The notes below the pieces were generated by a model. It was given only the letters and a program-made list of their open reading frames with translations. It searched no databases and had not been told where the DNA came from. 64,000 nucleotides of DNA from Thermoplasmatota archaeon (GTDB taxonomy: Archaea; Thermoplasmatota; E2; DHVEG-1). The DNA lies in the NCBI GenBank assembly GCA_030619765.1, contig JAUXAU010000005.1, forward strand, positions 795 through 64,794, read 5' to 3'. The translations under genes and the position numbers were made by a program. This document shows positions 60,201 to 64,000 of this stretch, one piece after another. The first letter of the stretch is position 1; the number at the start of each line of letters is the position of its first letter.

Positions 60201-61486
60201 TTTCTACCCAGTTGTAAAGAGGCCACTTTATTTTCAATTCCTGGTAGATTAGGATATCCTGATTCGTATACTTTCAGTTGTATTCCGTCTCTTTCATCTG
60301 TTCCAGATTTTACTACACTGTTCGAACTTAGGATAAGAGCATGAGCAATTCCAGATTGGCCCTCGTCAAATGAAACCCATGTTTTATTTCCAAGATCTAC
60401 ATCATGACGGGTATCAACTATAGAGATATCCCAATCGCCATCGTTATATTGAGGATCGGGATCCAACCTATATTCTCTGATTATATCGTCTTCTGTGTAT
60501 ACGTGAAGATACGGGAATATTTTTCCAAAATTCAACTCTTTTATTGCATTGCTTCTGATACCACCGCAGTTAATGCTGGCGAACATCCCATCATAGTTTG
60601 CATTAGGTGTAACTCTACATTCTTTTAACGTATCGTGTTTTACATGAATGAATATACTCCTGTTCTCATTGGGACAATAGTAATATTTGTATATTGCAGT
60701 TGTTTGGATGTCCTCTCGATACGTTCCACTAATTATTCCAAACTCAATCATGAGATTACCATCCACAAAAATTTCCTTAGAAATAAGTCGTTCAATCGTG
60801 GAACTATAATCGCCTACTTCTGTACCATAGTAGTACCAAAAATCGAAAGATGCTATTACCTCACCATTGCTAGGAACAACTTTATCTGATTTCGACTTCA
60901 ATTTGGTTACCTGTTGCGCGATACCTTTTCCCATAATGTTTCCGTCTTGAGCAACTGCATAAACGACAAACCCCTCTTCAGATATCTCGTAATGATTTGA
61001 TTTTAAAAAATAGCCTGGAAAAGGTTCATACTGATAATAAGATTCTTTGATTTCAACCCGATCTGGATAATTTGGACCAGATTTTTCATTTTCGTCATAA
61101 TATACATAATAACGTTCATTACCATTGGCATCCTCAGGAATTAGAAAAACAAGACTACAGGCTTCTATGTGATTATCATCAGAATAATTTAGATCATATA
61201 TTTGGGATTCTATCTCTTTTAGATTTCCGTTTTCTTGAAAAACAACTCTTACAGAATGTTTTTTTTCGTTTTTTGCCCAACAAAGATCGTCAAATTCTAT
61301 TCGAGTGTCAATTGGCTGATGTTTTGCAATTTCTGTACTGGTATCTATTGGAATTACTATCTCCTGTTTAAAGGACCAATCATTATCCCACGTCGACGAA
61401 TCAACTTCTAATGAACCAACTGGTAAAATTAGTAAAAATATTAAATTTACCAGTAATAAGGATACGGATAGCTTCTTTAAAATCAA
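57242..61486 (-). CDS. Large membrane protein with extracellular domains and a C-terminal lysylphosphatidylglycerol-synthase-TM (flippase-like) domain
   Basis: Signal peptide, carboxypeptidase-regulatory-like repeats, C-terminal multi-TM region with ISPGYIG and PISFAGLGVRE. Confidence 0.75.
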   Translation of the reverse strand: MILKKLSVSLLLVNLIFLLILPVGSLEVDSSTWDNDWSFKQEIVIPIDTSTEIAKHQPIDTRIEFDDLCWAKNEKKHSVRVVFQENGNLKEIESQIYDLNYSDDNHIEACSLVFLIPEDANGNERYYVYYDENEKSGPNYPDRVEIKESYYQYEPFPGYFLKSNHYEISEEGFVVYAVAQDGNIMGKGIAQQVTKLKSKSDKVVPSNGEVIASFDFWYYYGTEVGDYSSTIERLISKEIFVDGNLMIEFGIISGTYREDIQTTAIYKYYYCPNENRSIFIHVKHDTLKECRVTPNANYDGMFASINCGGIRSNAIKELNFGKIFPYLHVYTEDDIIREYRLDPDPQYNDGDWDISIVDTRHDVDLGNKTWVSFDEGQSGIAHALILSSNSVVKSGTDERDGIQLKVYESGYPNLPGIENKVASLQLGRNSYEKGYPHDLEISEGFTVEFDVEFFSTEIGGYQAVKQEADIFQKLSKIRPSKIEEITENIKEKETYSLTIFLHIAPSVPMGFPLSVLTGKNLSYISAELYHNENIMSTGIARRISTNPLPSFDDTTLIQKIKLALGIFDWKNLTFFKKLRFQNLEPGRYLVKIYKENPTIGKDRKYIGFTIVDVQEDTKTRVFCKPERSVYVNVFDQNEEGVKDAKVILLKDDTPISKSITDDNGQALIKAPSSILSSYNLKVLYNGFVIHEEPVKLRSIRTVVPIKKSMNIERYHLTLKILDTWGLPPEIDLNPVLTSKEMAEPTVISAEKLPASNFLFSNLIPANYQLNLQYKSFSEEQNIEISSDEKINLVFPAEFNIKVYTFNSRGTPLKDANIMIIREGNKVQKNGSEKGLSQFSLPPGNYKAEVYLDENLISERKINVISERTFNLITTEEPIFPIIIICSSAIFLLIGTYLTLRKKEIKSFLKIFAITLAIISTISPWWILHGSVSNVETTTSMFLHPVNLVTLTVSQNVIGGEIEYLPEIFVHVMSVLPLLTIVSCLFLIVSIVFNRYGKKRFSLLSTSSAGLILVASLVLFSITMSEFAKVDVGDFIGQGNVNIVIPGEGTYEALYCSWGPAIGFYLYILSAIIILIIVILNFKRNLLSVKLLSKKNFNKAKKILPFIGITIFIFLIYSLDVGEIIDAFLSIPPTYIIISVFLTIPVLIIRNYAWQLVQKEQKIKIPYFRSLKIHLIGYFYGTISPGYIGQLIKVPHMKEYTGEPYGKLFINVFIDTVIRTLSLYIMMVIGGLIIIGLFPELFYITVIWIIILSIILLYFIKKERGEKLLYSLVRYFTPKKLRNHLNRFIDTFYKDFPSIKRLIFPLILGAFTWIIIFTQEYIIVLALGLNIPYLYFLLLYPIANAAGFIPISFAGLGVREYTAILLFSTFFSIEGEKIFVLSIMGFLITTVLKGFIGFLLSLTETRKTELIRHTQ

Positions 61487-61708
61487 CTTCTCACAATTCC
61501 ATTTGGCTGACTTTTATTAAAAAAATAATATCTCATTATTATTTAAATCTATTTAACTTAAATAAATATCATTTTTATTCTCATTCTATAATTGGATATG
61601 TGCCAAAAAAATAAATTATATTTTTATTTTAAATTTTATCAGAATTTTTTTTTTGATACCTTAAAAATAGTTAGGCTCTATATATCAGAAGATTTATACA
61701 CATTTAAA

Positions 61709-62281
61709 ATGAAAGAAGTGCTTCGCCAAAAAATGTTGAAGAAAAGAAGCGATGTACCTAAATCAAAGATATTAGAAAAAAGTAATCAAATAAAAAAAAG
61801 ACTTTTTAAAATAAAAGAGTTCAATCAGGCGAGTGCAATTCTCTTTTACGCTTCTTATGATAATGAGGTTTATACTCACAATATGATAAAGGAATGTATA
61901 TCAAAGGGGAAACATGTAATTGTACCAGTCACCAGCAAAGAGAACAGAAGTTTAATTTTATCTAAACTAGAAAACTGGGAGGATCTTGAATGTGGTGTTT
62001 ATGGTATTTTAGAACCTGGAAAAGAACATGTGAAAGAAGTCTCTCTCGATGTGATTGATCTCATTGTTATTCCCGGTGTCGCCTTTGATGAGCGCGGCTA
62101 TAGGATTGGACACGGGATGGGTTACTATGACGGCCTATTGGTAAATTCTACAAAGGCTAATCACATTGGATTGGCTTTTGAGTTTCAGTTAGTAGATGAA
62201 ATACCCATAGAATATCATGATATGAAAGTAGATAAAATTGTTACTGAAGAAAGAATAATCACTTGTAGCGATGCTATGTGA
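61709..62281 (+). CDS. 5-formyltetrahydrofolate cyclo-ligase
   Basis: GILEP, IPGVAFDERGYRIGHGMGYYD, HDMKVDKIVTE. Confidence 0.95.
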   Translation: MKEVLRQKMLKKRSDVPKSKILEKSNQIKKRLFKIKEFNQASAILFYASYDNEVYTHNMIKECISKGKHVIVPVTSKENRSLILSKLENWEDLECGVYGILEPGKEHVKEVSLDVIDLIVIPGVAFDERGYRIGHGMGYYDGLLVNSTKANHIGLAFEFQLVDEIPIEYHDMKVDKIVTEERIITCSDAM

Positions 62282-63404
62282 CTATCTCTTTTAGCTTATC
62301 CCTCTCTATCGCTTTTTTTATCTCCATTGCTATCCTTTCACCATAGCTTATTGACTCACCGTAAAGATAACCAGAATGCGGCGTGAAACGAGTCAGCGGA
62401 CTGCCAGGTATTCTCATTGAAACATCAAAAACTACCATTTCTTCTTTTCCTTTATCCGCAGCAATGGCACCCTGAAGCGCAAATGGACCAATTATGCCAG
62501 GAGGATATTCCTTTTTAGTGGTTTTAACAAATTTTTCACCAAGTGTAAATATTTTCTCAATAATGGATTCCTTAGTTGTCGCTGCGATATGACCAGTCTC
62601 GATTATTTTAGGTTTCATATGTTTAAGAACTTCCAGTTGTTCATTTGCAGGAAGCCGGATAAGACCATCAAGATTAGTTTGTCTTCTCGTATCTGTGCCC
62701 ATTATCTCAAGCTCGTCATCAATTACTGAATAGAAATAATTGAAATTAATCTGCGCACCAATAACATATTCCTCAATGACTGCTTTTTCAAGCGCTTTTT
62801 TTGTTATCATTCTCTTGGCAAGCATTTCATCAGATTTTTTCTTATAATCATCATAATTTGTTGCATAGAAAAAAGCTCTTTCATAGCCTCGAATAGCTTC
62901 ATTCACTTTTATTATTACAAGCCTATCAATATCCTTTGGTGATTTGAATATCTTGGGAAACCGTATACCTGCCTTTTCTAAAAGATAATATTGATTCTTT
63001 GGAACATCCCTTTCCTCGAGTTTTAGCATAGAACGGGTTCCGTAAATTGGAACCATGAAATTTTTTTCTATATCATTAAAGTCGAAATAAACCCAGAAAT
63101 ATCTGTTATGTATAAAGATAGCATTTTCCTTTCTCAATTGCTCCTGAACTTTTGGTTTTGTAATATCTGAGAACTTGTCAAGAACTATTGTCTCATCAAC
63201 ACAACCTTTCCCATCTCCACGAGTTTTATAATACTTAGTATAAGTTTTCTCCCTTCCCTTCTGGCAGACTGCAATAGTCCTAAAACCAAGCCTTTTACTA
63301 CCTCTACAAACATCAAGACCAGAATGTCCACCTAAAACGCCAATAGTAATATTATCTTTATCATAAGAATCGACTAATTTCTGAATTTGTTTTCTTTCTA
63401 TCAT
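62274..63404 (-). CDS. purP: Formate-dependent AICAR transformylase (PurP family)
   Basis: GVLGGHSGLD, ERAFF, EEYVIG, IIGPFALQ, FDVSMRIPG. Confidence 0.88.
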   Translation of the reverse strand: MIERKQIQKLVDSYDKDNITIGVLGGHSGLDVCRGSKRLGFRTIAVCQKGREKTYTKYYKTRGDGKGCVDETIVLDKFSDITKPKVQEQLRKENAIFIHNRYFWVYFDFNDIEKNFMVPIYGTRSMLKLEERDVPKNQYYLLEKAGIRFPKIFKSPKDIDRLVIIKVNEAIRGYERAFFYATNYDDYKKKSDEMLAKRMITKKALEKAVIEEYVIGAQINFNYFYSVIDDELEIMGTDTRRQTNLDGLIRLPANEQLEVLKHMKPKIIETGHIAATTKESIIEKIFTLGEKFVKTTKKEYPPGIIGPFALQGAIAADKGKEEMVVFDVSMRIPGSPLTRFTPHSGYLYGESISYGERIAMEIKKAIERDKLKEIVT

Positions 63405-63462
63405 AATAGCACTCCTCCCACGTATCGATAATAGGTTTTTCTTTTTTAGTTTGTTGGAATTA

Positions 63463-63999
63463 TTATCCTTTGAACCGCGGTCTCTTTGACAAGTAAAGGG
63501 GCAGTGGCAATGTCTGCTGTGGGAAATCCTTTACTTGTTTAATTAATAAATTATGTAACTCATTTATTGAATAGGATTTATTATTTTCTCCTATGCTTTC
63601 ACCTCTAAATCTAGGTACAAATATTTTCCCTTCTCTCTCTTTATCGCCAACTACAATGATTACGGGGATCCATTCTTTTTCCGCATCACGTACCTTTCGA
63701 CTTACACTTTCTTCCCTGTCATCTATATCTGATCTTATGTGATAATATGGAGAAATCTTGTTTAGTACATCAACAAATTGTTCACAATCAGAGATAAATT
63801 CATCTTTTACAGGAATAAATCGAATCTGTGTTGGAGAGATCCACAATGGAAGCATGGGTTTTTTACCTTGCTTCATTTTTATAGCTTCACGTTCAAGAAG
63901 TGCATAAACACAACGATCAATGCTACCAGAAATACTGGTATGTAAAATGTAGGGATGTTGTTTTTCACCTTTTTCATCAGCAAAGGAGATGTCAAATAG
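63463..63999 (-). CDS. thrS: Threonyl-tRNA synthetase, C-terminal part (gene runs off the window)
   Basis: Motif 3 ILHTSISGSIDRCVYALLE, PLWISPTQIR, anticodon domain DDREESVSRKVRDAEKEWIP. Confidence 0.93.
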   Translation of the reverse strand, partial: LFDISFADEKGEKQHPYILHTSISGSIDRCVYALLEREAIKMKQGKKPMLPLWISPTQIRFIPVKDEFISDCEQFVDVLNKISPYYHIRSDIDDREESVSRKVRDAEKEWIPVIIVVGDKEREGKIFVPRFRGESIGENNKSYSINELHNLLIKQVKDFPQQTLPLPLYLSKRPRFKG

Positions 64000-64000
64000 T

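Overview
Archaeal chromosome window, most likely Thermoplasmatota. This is inferred from TFB, Alba, the archaeal mevalonate pathway and many NosD/C25-type secreted proteins, and is compatible with MBG-D/Thermoprofundales. Four parts: (1) tfb and alba (1-1327). (2) A ~17 kb virus/plasmid-like island (~1500-18250) carrying a TIGR-Tas-type RNA-guided system. A nuclease-less Nop-domain protein (TasA-like, 4292-5176, minus strand) lies between two dual-spacer arrays with a 36-nt period (32 units and ~10-11 units). A third, oppositely oriented orphan array sits 12 kb away. All three arrays end in a hairpin, and two of the hairpins covary. The island also has a 65-bp inverted repeat around a wHTH gene, a type IA topoisomerase and many small Zn-finger and HExxH genes. 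(3) An integration hotspot at tRNA-Pro(GGG): a 13.2 kb element with a split SSV1-type tyrosine integrase, 46-bp att repeats and surface-protein cargo, plus two att-like remnants further left. (4) Host genes (37-64 kb): a putative lipid/isoprenoid-modification cluster, the archaeal mevalonate operon, purP and the 3' end of thrS. All calls come from reading motifs by eye; no database searches were run.
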